Positions 30,717 to 40,447 of a stretch of 64,000 nucleotides of DNA are shown piece after piece. Source of the stretch: Flavobacteriales bacterium (lineage in GTDB: Bacteria; Bacteroidota; Bacteroidia; Flavobacteriales_F; PHOS-HE28); the NCBI GenBank assembly GCA_017987115.1, contig JAGNUG010000001.1, positions 33,405 to 97,404 of the forward strand, in the 5' to 3' direction. Position 1 is the first letter of the stretch. Each line of letters starts with the position of its first letter. The notes below the pieces were generated by a model. It saw only the letters and a list, made by a program, of their open reading frames with translations, ran no database searches and was not told the DNA's origin. The translations under genes were made by a program, and so were the position numbers.

Positions 30717-30946
30717 GCTTTTAGGTCGTACGGTTCTAATTGATCAGGGGGTAGGATCCGTTTTACATTCGTAAGCACGTATCGCGTAGCGTTGCTGGGA
30801 TCCTTGTCCAAATACCGTAGGAGCTAATCAGGCTTTCCGCTGGCCGCACTTAGATGTCCGGTGGTTTCTGAACAGCACTTGGATCCTTACATCCGCGAAC
30901 AATGCCCGATCACCTTTTTTCATGTTCCTGATATGCGTGCTTTTCA

Positions 30947-30954
30947 TAGCTTTG
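30947..30954 (+). promoter_or_regulatory. Candidate Bacteroidota sigma-A -7 box (TAGCTTTG) for tRNA-Ala
   Basis: It matches the TAnnTTTG consensus. It lies 24 nt upstream of the tRNA 5' end. No clean -33 TTTG was found. Confidence 0.3.
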
Positions 30955-30975
30955 CGGCCCACTACAAAAAACAGC

Positions 30976-31053
<78 letters not shown>

Positions 31054-31254
31054 TGAAGGCGATCAGAAATGGTCGCCTTCCGTATTCAAGGCACAGCTGA
31101 ACAGAGCGGCCCGAGTACCATTCGGCAGGCGGGAAGGTCACAGGTTCTCCCGCTTGCATATGCGGGATCCGGATTCTCCACGAAAACGATCTATTGTAGG
31201 TCGCCTTTTCTTTTTTACCACAGCATCAGCACGGTTCCAGTTCTAAAACAGAAA

Positions 31255-31282
31255 GGGCCGTCTCGCAATTGCGAGACGGCCC
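31255..31282 (-). terminator. Rho-independent terminator for the beta-helix gene
   Basis: It is a perfect 12-bp stem (GGGCCGTCTCGC / GCGAGACGGCCC) with loop AATT. On the minus strand it is followed by a T-rich run (TTTCTGTTTT). It lies 23 nt after the stop at 31305. Confidence 0.7.
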
Positions 31283-31304
31283 CTTCTGGGTTTTGGACCA
31301 CGTA

Positions 31305-34300
31305 TTACGGTTGTATTGAGACCCTGTCGGTATAGATACGCTCACCGGCTGTGACGCGCACGAGGTACATGCCACTGGCAAGACCACCATCCAGAGCTAC
31401 CACATTATTCAAGCGACCGTCCTGTGTAAGGAGCTGCTTGCTTAATATGAGTTTTCCGCTCATGTCCATGATCTCAAAGCTCACGGTCTTGATCTCACTA
31501 TCCAGTGAATTGATCACTACGGTGAGTACCGTCCCTTGGTTCGGATTCGGGTACAAGGCGAGTACGCTACTGGCACTTTCCAACAACACATTTTGTTGTC
31601 CACCTGCAACCATTGTATTGATCGTTACAGTGCAGGACTCTCCGGCCTGGCAATAAACGCCGCCTTTGAACGCCTCTACAGTTACGTCGTATGTGCTACC
31701 CGGAGTTAGTGCAGGCGCTATGGCCGCACCCCATCCCAAGCTTACATAGTACGTAGGTACCACACGAACGATCGGAGAAACCAACTCTGCATTGGTGAAG
31801 GTAAACCGGTACTGCGTTGCACCACCAACAGGGCGTGCATACAAGCGATTTGCGCTATTGTTCACAAAATCACGTGTTACGTTGCAGCTCAGGAACTGAG
31901 GGAAACCAGGTACATCGAACAACTTGGTGGGTGGGCAATTGGCCAACGCTTCGTCCCTTGTGAACCGGCAAGCGGGACCATACGCTCCGGCCACACCATT
32001 CACAACACTGCGCACACGAACGTTGAGTTGTACGCCGTTCGGGATCTGATCCACTGCTGCCCAGTTATTGATCTTGGCATGGCATGTACGCGCTGAGCCG
32101 ATGTTCGCAAAGTTGTCCGATACGTTATGACGACGCTGGCGCACATAGCTGTAGGTACCGTTCGGATCGAAGAACAAGAAGTCGTATCCTGAATCCGCAC
32201 CAGCTGCTCCGCCACCGTTGTAGTCCGCTGCAACAGCAGCATCTTCATTGCACACGATGTACTCACCGTTCTTCCAGAAATACTTATCGCAACTTGTAAA
32301 GAGCAGTTCGTTGGCCGATGGCGGAACGCAGAATGGAACTGCTGCCATGCTTGTGGCTCCGGAAGTAAAGTTATCCGTGTTGTCGATCAGGCGAACTCCA
32401 TCCGAAGTACTCAACACGTAACCTCCATCGGTGATGCCATTGCCTCCTGCATCGGTTACAGTAAGATCGTAGCATCCATCAGCAACTGAGAACGTTGCAA
32501 TTTCCATGGATCCTCCTGGTACATCCGCGAACGGTCCGCCGCTCGCAACTGGGGCTCCACCACCAGCTGGTGTAACTTGGAAAGTGACTTCGCTACCGAA
32601 TGCATCCAGATCGAAGGCGAGTGATAACATGTTGTTTCCCATCACCGCTCCTTGGAATTCGAATGCACCGATATCACGCGTTCCGAACAATGGCAAGTTG
32701 CGTTGATCATTCTCCAGCAACGCTGGATCACCTGTGTTGTAGGCTGCACTACTTGTTGATGCAATTGCTTGCGTTTGCGTAATGCCACCGTTATCCGCCA
32801 ATGCACCCAGACCAGGATCTGTTCCAACAACATTCCCATTCACACCGTCGCTGATACCGGAAGCTCCCGTACCATCTTCGAGCAAGGTGAACATTGCTGA
32901 TACGAACGCACCATTCGCATCCGGACCTGTGCCGGCACCTGTAATGCTGTTATCTGCAATGATCGAACTATTACTATTCAACGTTCCCACCATCACATTC
33001 ACACCACCACCGTTATTATCCGCGCTATTGTTTGCGATCGTGGATGCTAGCAATGTCGCTGTTCCACCTTCAACACTTACACCACCGCCATCGTTGGTGG
33101 CCGTGTTGCCGCTAACCGTGCTGTAGTTCACATCCAACGTACCGGTTCCTGGGCCTCCACCTTGCAGAAAAAGACCACCTCCGTCAAGTGCATTGTTACC
33201 GCTTACTGTAGAACGGGTGATGGTCATGGCTCCTGCATTCGAAGCCCAGAGTCCACCACCTTCATTAACGGCCGTATTGCCGGATGCCGTGCTTGTGATG
33301 AAACTTGTAGTACCGGTTCCACTTACATGCACACCACCACCGTTAATGCCTGCATTGTTTCCCATCAACGTAATGTCAGTAAGTGAAGCTGAACCATTGA
33401 AATTCTCAATGGCACCACCTGCACGAGCACATGAGTTGCCCGATAACATGCTACCCGAAATGGTTACTGAACCACCATCGGTCATTACACCACCACCGTT
33501 ACCGGTGTTGATGGGTGCCGTGTTGTTGGTGATCATTGCACCGTTCTGAATGATGAGCGTTCCACCGATGTTGAAAACACCTCCACCTCCTTGGTCGTTG
33601 CCTGCGTTATTTCCTGCGTTCGCCGTATTGCTATCAACGGTAGTTCCGTCGATGGTCATGCTGCCACTTGCATTCCAAAGGCCACCACCTTCTTGACCCG
33701 CTACGTTGTTAGCGAATGTACCACCGTTCACATTGGTGGTTCCAGTTCCGCTTACGTGAATACCACCACCGTTAACTCCGGCCGTGTTACCATCTGCAAC
33801 AGCGGCTCCGCCAACTGTAGAACTGGTGATCGTTACTGTTCCATTGAAGTTCTCGATGCCACCACCTGCACGAGCGCATGAGTTGCCGGATAAAATGCTA
33901 CCCGAAATGGTCACGGATCCACCATCGGTCATTACACCACCACCGTTACCGGTGTTGATGGGTGCCGTGTTGTTGGTGATCATTGCACCGTTCTGAATGA
34001 TGAGCGTTCCACCAATGTTGAAAACACCTCCACCTCCTTGGTCGTTGCCTGCGTTATTTCCTGCGTTCGCCGTATTGCTATCAACGGTAGTTCCGTCGAT
34101 GGTCATGGTGCCACTTGCATTCCAAAGGCCACCACCTTCTTGACCGGCTACGTTGTTAGCGAATGTACCACCGTTCACATTGGTGGTTCCAGTTCCGCTT
34201 ACGTGAATACCACCACCGTTAACTCCGGCCGTGTTACCATCTGCAACAGCGGCTCCGCCAACTGTAGAACTGCTGATCGTTACTGTTCCATTGAAGTTCT

Positions 34301-36203
34301 CGATGCCACCACCTGCACGAGCGCAAGAGTTGCCAGTAAGTGTGCTTCCGGTAATGGTCACGGATCCACCATCGGTCATTACACCACCACCGTTACCGGT
34401 GTTGATGGGTGCCGTGTTGTTGGTGATCATTGCACCGTTCTGAATGATGAGCGTTCCACCGATGTTGAAAACACCTCCACCTCCTTGGTCGTTCCCTGCG
34501 TTATTTCCTGCGTTCGCCGTATTGCTGTCAACAGTGGTTCCGTCGATGGTCATGGTGCCACTTGCATTCCAAAGGCCACCACCTTCTTGACCGGCTACGT
34601 TGTTAGCGAATGTACCACCGTTCACATTGGTGGTTCCAGTTCCGCTTACGTGAATACCACCACCGTTAACTCCAGCCGTGTTACCATCGCCAGCAACCGC
34701 ACCACCTACTGTTCCTCCAGTAATGGTGACCATGCCACCGAAATTCTCGATACCACCACCGGCGCGAGCGCAAGAATTGGATGAGATCGTGCTACCCGTG
34801 ATGGTTACCGTACCGCCGTCGGTCATTACCCCGCCACCATTACCGAGGTTCATCATGGCCACATTGTTAGTGATCATTGCACCGTTCTGAATGATCAGTG
34901 TTCCACCGATGTTGAATACGCCGCCACCACCTTGGTCATTGTTAGCGTTGCTAGCAGCATTGGCCGTGTTGCTCTCAATGAGCGTTGCATCAATGGTCAT
35001 AATGCCGCTGGCATTCCACAAGCCACCGCCTTCTTGCCCTGCGACATTGTTCTGGAAAGTACCACCGTTCACATTGGTGGCACCAGTACCACTTACGTGT
35101 ATGCCACCTCCGTTGATGCCCGCCGTATTGCCATCAGCGACAAGAGCTCCGCCTACGACAGCGGAACTGATGGTTACAGTGGCATTGTTGTTCTCGATAC
35201 CACCACCTGCGCGAGCACATGAGTTCGAGGCAATGAGGCCACCAAGGATGTTCACCGAACCAGCTACGGCCATTATACCACCACCGTTACCGGCGTTGAT
35301 GGGTGCCAAATTGTTCGTGATCACCGTACCGTTCTGAATGATGGTCGAACCACCGTTCTCGAACACGCCACCACCACCTTGATCGTTACCGGCATTGCTG
35401 CCCGCATTGGCCGTGTTCCCATCGATGGTGCAACCATCAATGGTCATGGTGCTACCTGTGTTATTCCAAACACCACCTCCTTCTTGCCCGGCAGCGTTGT
35501 TGGCAATGGTCACACTATTGAAGACTACTGTTGAAGCCGTGGTAACGTGCAGTCCACCACCGTTACCAGGGTTGGGCGTACCTGCTCCGCCGTCCACATC
35601 GTTTCCGCTCAACGAACCTCCCGTCATGATAAGGGAACCGGATGCGATCTCGATTCCTCCACCAGCACGGTTGGCCGAGTTCCCATCAATAGTACATGCA
35701 GTAATGGTTACTGCACCACCGGCTATGAATAGACCACCACCGCTACCACTCACCCCATTGGCCACACTCGAGGTTATACTGGAATTGCTGAGGTTCAATG
35801 TCGTACTCGTGCTCAGAATAGCTCCGCCATCGATCGCAGTACCCATTGTAAGTTGAACTCCATCAATATTTACCGTCCCTGCGTTGCTAAGGGTGAAGAT
35901 GCGGCTGTTCGAGTTACCGTTCAACGTTGTGTTGATCGTACCATTTCCTGTGATCGTTACATCTTCGCTCACGACCAGCTCGCCGGTCAAGAGTATGATG
36001 GGTACACCATTTGTCGTTCCGTCGAATACGATGTCGTCCGCACCTAGGTTAGCGTTCGCATCAAGCACGGCTTGGCGCAAAGAGCCTGGACCAGAGTCCA
36101 GCGAGTTCATTACCGTAAACGTTGCTGCTGAAGAATTAGAAAGGCCCCATAAGGATAGGGCCGATGTCAACAGAAGATTTCGAAGCGTCCTATTCTGATT
36201 CAT
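31305..36203 (-). CDS. Giant secreted parallel beta-helix repeat protein (about 1630 aa) with T9SS type A CTD
   Basis: It has a signal peptide. Gly/Asn-rich beta-helix turns (GGGIHVSGTG..NNVAGQEGGGLWN..) are organised as 149-aa units repeated at least five times, with near-identical 447-bp DNA copies between about 33090 and 35330. The C-terminus is LALYPNPNQG...GMYLVRV. Confidence 0.8.
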   Translation of the reverse strand: MNQNRTLRNLLLTSALSLWGLSNSSAATFTVMNSLDSGPGSLRQAVLDANANLGADDIVFDGTTNGVPIILLTGELVVSEDVTITGNGTINTTLNGNSNSRIFTLSNAGTVNIDGVQLTMGTAIDGGAILSTSTTLNLSNSSITSSVANGVSGSGGGLFIAGGAVTITACTIDGNSANRAGGGIEIASGSLIMTGGSLSGNDVDGGAGTPNPGNGGGLHVTTASTVVFNSVTIANNAAGQEGGGVWNNTGSTMTIDGCTIDGNTANAGSNAGNDQGGGGVFENGGSTIIQNGTVITNNLAPINAGNGGGIMAVAGSVNILGGLIASNSCARAGGGIENNNATVTISSAVVGGALVADGNTAGINGGGIHVSGTGATNVNGGTFQNNVAGQEGGGLWNASGIMTIDATLIESNTANAASNANNDQGGGGVFNIGGTLIIQNGAMITNNVAMMNLGNGGGVMTDGGTVTITGSTISSNSCARAGGGIENFGGMVTITGGTVGGAVAGDGNTAGVNGGGIHVSGTGTTNVNGGTFANNVAGQEGGGLWNASGTMTIDGTTVDSNTANAGNNAGNDQGGGGVFNIGGTLIIQNGAMITNNTAPINTGNGGGVMTDGGSVTITGSTLTGNSCARAGGGIENFNGTVTISSSTVGGAAVADGNTAGVNGGGIHVSGTGTTNVNGGTFANNVAGQEGGGLWNASGTMTIDGTTVDSNTANAGNNAGNDQGGGGVFNIGGTLIIQNGAMITNNTAPINTGNGGGVMTDGGSVTISGSILSGNSCARAGGGIENFNGTVTITSSTVGGAAVADGNTAGVNGGGIHVSGTGTTNVNGGTFANNVAGQEGGGLWNASGSMTIDGTTVDSNTANAGNNAGNDQGGGGVFNIGGTLIIQNGAMITNNTAPINTGNGGGVMTDGGSVTISGSMLSGNSCARAGGAIENFNGSASLTDITLMGNNAGINGGGVHVSGTGTTSFITSTASGNTAVNEGGGLWASNAGAMTITRSTVSGNNALDGGGLFLQGGGPGTGTLDVNYSTVSGNTATNDGGGVSVEGGTATLLASTIANNSADNNGGGVNVMVGTLNSNSSIIADNSITGAGTGPDANGAFVSAMFTLLEDGTGASGISDGVNGNVVGTDPGLGALADNGGITQTQAIASTSSAAYNTGDPALLENDQRNLPLFGTRDIGAFEFQGAVMGNNMLSLAFDLDAFGSEVTFQVTPAGGGAPVASGGPFADVPGGSMEIATFSVADGCYDLTVTDAGGNGITDGGYVLSTSDGVRLIDNTDNFTSGATSMAAVPFCVPPSANELLFTSCDKYFWKNGEYIVCNEDAAVAADYNGGGAAGADSGYDFLFFDPNGTYSYVRQRRHNVSDNFANIGSARTCHAKINNWAAVDQIPNGVQLNVRVRSVVNGVAGAYGPACRFTRDEALANCPPTKLFDVPGFPQFLSCNVTRDFVNNSANRLYARPVGGATQYRFTFTNAELVSPIVRVVPTYYVSLGWGAAIAPALTPGSTYDVTVEAFKGGVYCQAGESCTVTINTMVAGGQQNVLLESASSVLALYPNPNQGTVLTVVINSLDSEIKTVSFEIMDMSGKLILSKQLLTQDGRLNNVVALDGGLASGMYLVRVTAGERIYTDRVSIQP

Positions 36204-36335
36204 GGTCTGATGGTTTTGGTAAAAGAATAATTAGAGGTCTGGAGTACTTACGATGCAAAATGCAGATCGGATCGGACAGGTGTCAAGATCTTTGAAATTG
36301 CAAGGAATAGCAGCTGCTTTGCGCTGCATTTTTTA

Positions 36336-37334
36336 ATGAACGCTTTTGGAACTTATCTTGGAATGGGATGTCCACTTTCTTCCATGATCCGAACAACCCC
36401 AAATTCTTTCCAACCGGAAGGCCGTACTTTCGAACCGCACAAAGTGGACATGACACCAAGCAAGGGAACGATCACGGAAGTTGAAGTTGTTCTGTCTGAA
36501 AAGCACGGTCTTCAGGTTACCGTGCGCAATTCATTTCCACTCACAGGTGGAAGCATCAATGATGCCTATCGCTTGGAAACATCGAAAGGTGAATTCTTCC
36601 TGAAAGTAAATTCCGCGGATGGTTTTCCGAGCATGTTCGCCGCAGAAGTGGATGGACTGGAACGCTTAAGTGCAACGAAGACCCTGCGTACACCGACGGT
36701 GATCGGTCATGGCGAAACGGATGATACCACATGGCTTTTGTTGGAGTTCGTCGGTGAAGGCAAACGGAATCCTTCTTTCTGGCATCACTTCGGCAAAGGG
36801 TTGGCGCAGTTGCACAGTAACGCGCATGCTCAGTTCGGACTGGAACGCAACAATTATATCGGGTCGTTGGAACAGATCAACACACAGGAAAAAGAATGGA
36901 GCACCTTCTTCATTCAACAGCGGTTGGAACCGTTGGTGAAACTAGCGCGCGACAAGAAACGCGTGGAGGCCGGTCTTGCGTTCCGGTTCGAACGGCTCTA
37001 TGGCAAACTGAATGATCTCTTTCCGAAAGAACCTCCCGCACTTTTGCATGGCGACCTCTGGCACGGAAACTTCATTTGTGATCCAGAAAGTAAACCCGTG
37101 CTGATAGATCCGGCGGTATACTTCGGTCATCGCGAAATGGACATCGCCATGCTGCATTTGTTCGGTTCTATTGATCCCGATCTCATTGTTGGCTACACTT
37201 CGGAAAAGCCCTTGGAGAAAGAGTGGGAAAAGCGCATGGAACTGTGCAACCTCTACCCTTTAATGGTCCACGTGAACCTGTTCGGTGGGCACTATGTGCA
37301 GGAAGTGGAAAAGGCTTTGGGGCATTGGGTGTGA
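36336..37334 (+). CDS. Fructosamine/ketosamine-3-kinase family protein
   Basis: PF03881-like motifs are present (TGGSINDAYRLETSKGEFFLKVN, LLHGDLWHGNF, DPAVYFGHREMDIAM). The true start may be the Met at 36450. Confidence 0.75.
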   Translation: MNAFGTYLGMGCPLSSMIRTTPNSFQPEGRTFEPHKVDMTPSKGTITEVEVVLSEKHGLQVTVRNSFPLTGGSINDAYRLETSKGEFFLKVNSADGFPSMFAAEVDGLERLSATKTLRTPTVIGHGETDDTTWLLLEFVGEGKRNPSFWHHFGKGLAQLHSNAHAQFGLERNNYIGSLEQINTQEKEWSTFFIQQRLEPLVKLARDKKRVEAGLAFRFERLYGKLNDLFPKEPPALLHGDLWHGNFICDPESKPVLIDPAVYFGHREMDIAMLHLFGSIDPDLIVGYTSEKPLEKEWEKRMELCNLYPLMVHVNLFGGHYVQEVEKALGHWV

Positions 37335-37378
37335 GTCGTGGCCTTCAGTCTTCTTCTGGAAGCTCATCGCTCGTACAT

Positions 37379-38230
37379 TCACTTGCACCCTTTTTTGAAG
37401 GTCTCCCAATCCAGATCAACACCATTGGGATACTTCTTTTCCAAATTGCTCTTGATCGTGGTCTCTACCTCAGCGAATGGAACTCCATAGACCCGCTCAA
37501 AACTTGTGAAGCCTTCTTGCCAAAGCATTGCAAACTTCTCGACACCTCCTACTTCCAATAGATGCTTCACGATATACGCCGCTTGATGATACGCGATCAT
37601 TTCATCGTTCTTGTAAAATTGGCTCACTAGGGAATCCATTGGAAAGAGCATGTCGGCCCCCATCAAATAGCAGTAGACCTTATCCACCGATGCCCCATTG
37701 CAGTTATTTGCCGCATACGTTGCCAACCCTTCGTTCAACCAGAGGTTATTCTCCGGTGGGAAACCCCACTTCTCCATAGCGATCATGTGCATGGTCTCAT
37801 GCACGATCGGTGCAGGTATGATATTCTCTTTTTCAATTGTTTCCGGATCATCCGTTACGACAAAGGCTACCTCCTTGTTCCAATGATCCGCATGACCGGA
37901 TACACCGATGTTGATGTCTTCCTTCATCTCCGCTTTCGATGGATAGAACTTGATCTTGTACGGGGCCTTGAATTCATCCAACCCCAGCAGTTCTTTGTTG
38001 TGCTCGATCGCTTTCATGCATGCATCCACGAGCGAATCTCGATGATCATAGGCATAACCCGGCATGGGAAACACGAACTCGATGCTGTCCATGCGTCTGG
38101 TCACGAACCGTTGGACCTCCCAACCTCCATCAACTTCTTGTTCGTTGACCGTTTCTCGGCCATCAGCAGCGCAGCTGGTCAGTATCAGTACAGGTGCAAA
38201 ATACTGGGCAAGTCGTAGAAGTCGCTTCAT
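37379..38230 (-). CDS. Lipoprotein, small gluzincin (MA-clan) zinc peptidase-like
   Basis: A lipoprotein signal (MKRLLRLAQYFAPVLILTSC) is followed by HETMH and, 20 residues later, NLWLNEGLATY, which is like the M1 NEGFA third-ligand motif. At 284 aa it is far smaller than M1 aminopeptidases. Confidence 0.55.
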   Translation of the reverse strand: MKRLLRLAQYFAPVLILTSCAADGRETVNEQEVDGGWEVQRFVTRRMDSIEFVFPMPGYAYDHRDSLVDACMKAIEHNKELLGLDEFKAPYKIKFYPSKAEMKEDINIGVSGHADHWNKEVAFVVTDDPETIEKENIIPAPIVHETMHMIAMEKWGFPPENNLWLNEGLATYAANNCNGASVDKVYCYLMGADMLFPMDSLVSQFYKNDEMIAYHQAAYIVKHLLEVGGVEKFAMLWQEGFTSFERVYGVPFAEVETTIKSNLEKKYPNGVDLDWETFKKGCK

Positions 38231-38332
38231 TGGTGGTTCAACGATCCGTTTCATGAATGACCTGAAAAACATAAGTGTTCCAAATAGATCATAAACCCGA
38301 ACAATGATCATGGACATTTCGCGAGACTGTTC

Positions 38333-38782
38333 TCACCTTGATCGCCACATTTCCCAGTTCCCGGAATGAACTTCTTGAAGGTAGGATGACTGGAATATTC
38401 CTTGCCTGTTCTCATGCGCGATCAGGTGCCACTCGCCTATGAATTTATTCTCATCCGCATCGAATTCACCCTCGTACTCACATCCAGGATAATCAGTCTC
38501 GTGATCGATCACAACACCTCCGTCTTCTCCAATAAGATAGTTGTGCGGATACATAACGATGAAGCTGATCTCGTTCTCTACAACAAAACCATTTACGGTG
38601 ATCGGTTCATCAAATAGCTCTTTGGTCTCTTCGTCAACTGTTGTTCCACTGAACGAACCATTGTCAAAGACCAACTCCATTTCGAACGACACCCGGTCTT
38701 CAGAGATCGTACCGTCCTCAAGTTCGTTCACATAGGTGAAATAACCTTCCCACTTTTGCCTTCCGATAGGGATGATCTTCAT
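38333..38782 (-). CDS. Hypothetical acidic cytoplasmic protein
   Basis: The ORF is 149 aa and lies in the intergenic context between flanking genes. No family was recognised. Confidence 0.4.
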   Translation of the reverse strand: MKIIPIGRQKWEGYFTYVNELEDGTISEDRVSFEMELVFDNGSFSGTTVDEETKELFDEPITVNGFVVENEISFIVMYPHNYLIGEDGGVVIDHETDYPGCEYEGEFDADENKFIGEWHLIAHENRQGIFQSSYLQEVHSGNWEMWRSR

Positions 38783-38867
38783 TTCATTCCATGATAAACA
38801 AAGGTACCCTACGCAAGGTGCAATACAATGATGCCGTTCGGTGTATTATAAGCAGAATAGCAACTCC

Positions 38868-39281
38868 TTATCTCTTTTCTTTGATCACATATGTGCGCGA
38901 TATCCTATCATGCCAGCCTCTTTGGTCGAACAGATAGGAAAGGTCATCGAACGGTATCAACCTGCACGCATTTCGAAACAGTAGCATCAAGAATTCAGGT
39001 TTGCTTCCATCCTTGTTCACCACCTTGGTCCGCGTAATAAACTTGCCAGGCGTTTTAGAGAAAGCGAATTCAAATCCGGTGAAGTAGAGAAGGTATAAGG
39101 CAAGTCCTCCTAAAGGTCTCATCACATCTCCTTCCGGAAGTACCCCATACAAGGTCTCCATTGAAAATACGTAAGTCAAGAATAGTGGAATGAAAACCAA
39201 CACGTCCATTAGGTGCACGTTGAACCGTGTCGCTTTGGATGCAAGGTCCAGTCCACCTTCGAGGCTCTCGTTATCGTCCAA
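38868..39281 (-). CDS. RDD-family membrane protein
   Basis: Two TM helices and the C-terminal GWHDRISRTYVI motif resemble RDD-family proteins. The start may be the Met at 39209. Confidence 0.5.
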   Translation of the reverse strand: MDDNESLEGGLDLASKATRFNVHLMDVLVFIPLFLTYVFSMETLYGVLPEGDVMRPLGGLALYLLYFTGFEFAFSKTPGKFITRTKVVNKDGSKPEFLMLLFRNACRLIPFDDLSYLFDQRGWHDRISRTYVIKEKR

Positions 39282-39343
39282 TTGGGATCAAGTTATAAAA
39301 CAGCAAATCGCAAGGTAGGACGGAAACGTAAACCTCCTAACCC

Positions 39344-40219
39344 CTATGCCTTATCACTCTTCCGCTCTACGCCGATAATGTCCTCGATCTTGCACAAAGC
39401 GCCAGCCATTGCGGCATAACCCGTGATCGCCGCGGCCTTGAACTTATTGCCTCCTTTTCTGAAGTTCCACACTTCACCTAAGAAGGGCATGAAGTTCTCC
39501 GCGTTCATCAGGTCATAGGCCACCGACATGGTGGTGGTGAGCGAACGTGCGGTGTGCCACAAGCCGAACGGAACGTATAACGATTCACCTGCCTTGATGG
39601 TGAATTTGTACGGCGTTACACCCTTGAACAACGGGAAGCGATCGTAGTCCGGGTTCTCTGGATCGTTGATCAAGGACTTCCAAGGGTCGTTCGGATCCGG
39701 GTACATCATGTGCGCTTGCTCGCGCGGATACACGGTGAATTCCTTTTCGCCATACAACTGATTGATCCACGCGCTGAGCCAGTAATAGTCGATGTGGATG
39801 TAGGGGAATTGACCGCCCGGACCACCGATGAACAGCTCGGTCGCATTGCCCCAATTGCCGCGTTGGAACCAACGGCTCTCCAACCAGTTCGGCCGTGCGT
39901 AACCCAGATCCAATGGATCCATGTGACCTGCCAGTTCAGGCAGTGAACCACGAATGTGGTACTTGCACGGATAAGGGACTGGTCGGGTAGTGTCCTTACC
40001 CTCTACCAGATCCATGATCTCTGCCATGGTGTAATCCGTACCATCCACATTGGTAGGACGGTCAGCGAAGTGTTCACGGAAGAAATCAGGGGTGAACGTA
40101 CCAGATGCTTTCCATACGCGGCTGGCCTCCGTAAATACCAAAGGGATGCCCTTTTTCCAGTATTCGTTGTAGAATTCCTTCTGGGTGATCTCGCCTTCGG
40201 CTACACGTCTGATCTCCAT
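39344..40219 (-). CDS. JmjC/cupin-like 2OG-Fe(II) oxygenase family protein
   Basis: It has an HxD...H iron triad (YIHIDYYW...LWHTARSL) and cupin_8/JmjC-like architecture. The Met at 40219 was chosen as start. Confidence 0.6.
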   Translation of the reverse strand: MEIRRVAEGEITQKEFYNEYWKKGIPLVFTEASRVWKASGTFTPDFFREHFADRPTNVDGTDYTMAEIMDLVEGKDTTRPVPYPCKYHIRGSLPELAGHMDPLDLGYARPNWLESRWFQRGNWGNATELFIGGPGGQFPYIHIDYYWLSAWINQLYGEKEFTVYPREQAHMMYPDPNDPWKSLINDPENPDYDRFPLFKGVTPYKFTIKAGESLYVPFGLWHTARSLTTTMSVAYDLMNAENFMPFLGEVWNFRKGGNKFKAAAITGYAAMAGALCKIEDIIGVERKSDKA

Positions 40220-40447
40220 GTCTATTGTCGTTTTGAGGTGATAAAAGTAAGCGCTTGATACGCTAATTGAGGTCAAAAGGATACCACCAAAGTCATGTTA
40301 GTGGCCTTTCCACCCAAGAGTACACACCTTGCATGGGATCTCTAGTGTTATTATGGCCCAGCCACCCTCCGGACCGTATTCGGTTCCCGTTCAGGATCCC
40401 TAGATATCACCATGATGTAATGCGATGATCGATCCAAGGTACTTACC

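Noticed and set aside
32506-36198. Series of plus-strand ORFs of 60-248 aa antisense to the beta-helix gene, many Pro/Thr-rich (for example 34038..34784, 34891..35337)
   Set aside because: They are open antisense frames created by the Gly/Asn-rich repetitive codons of the minus-strand gene. They repeat with the same 447-bp period. They have no start context and no recognisable domains.
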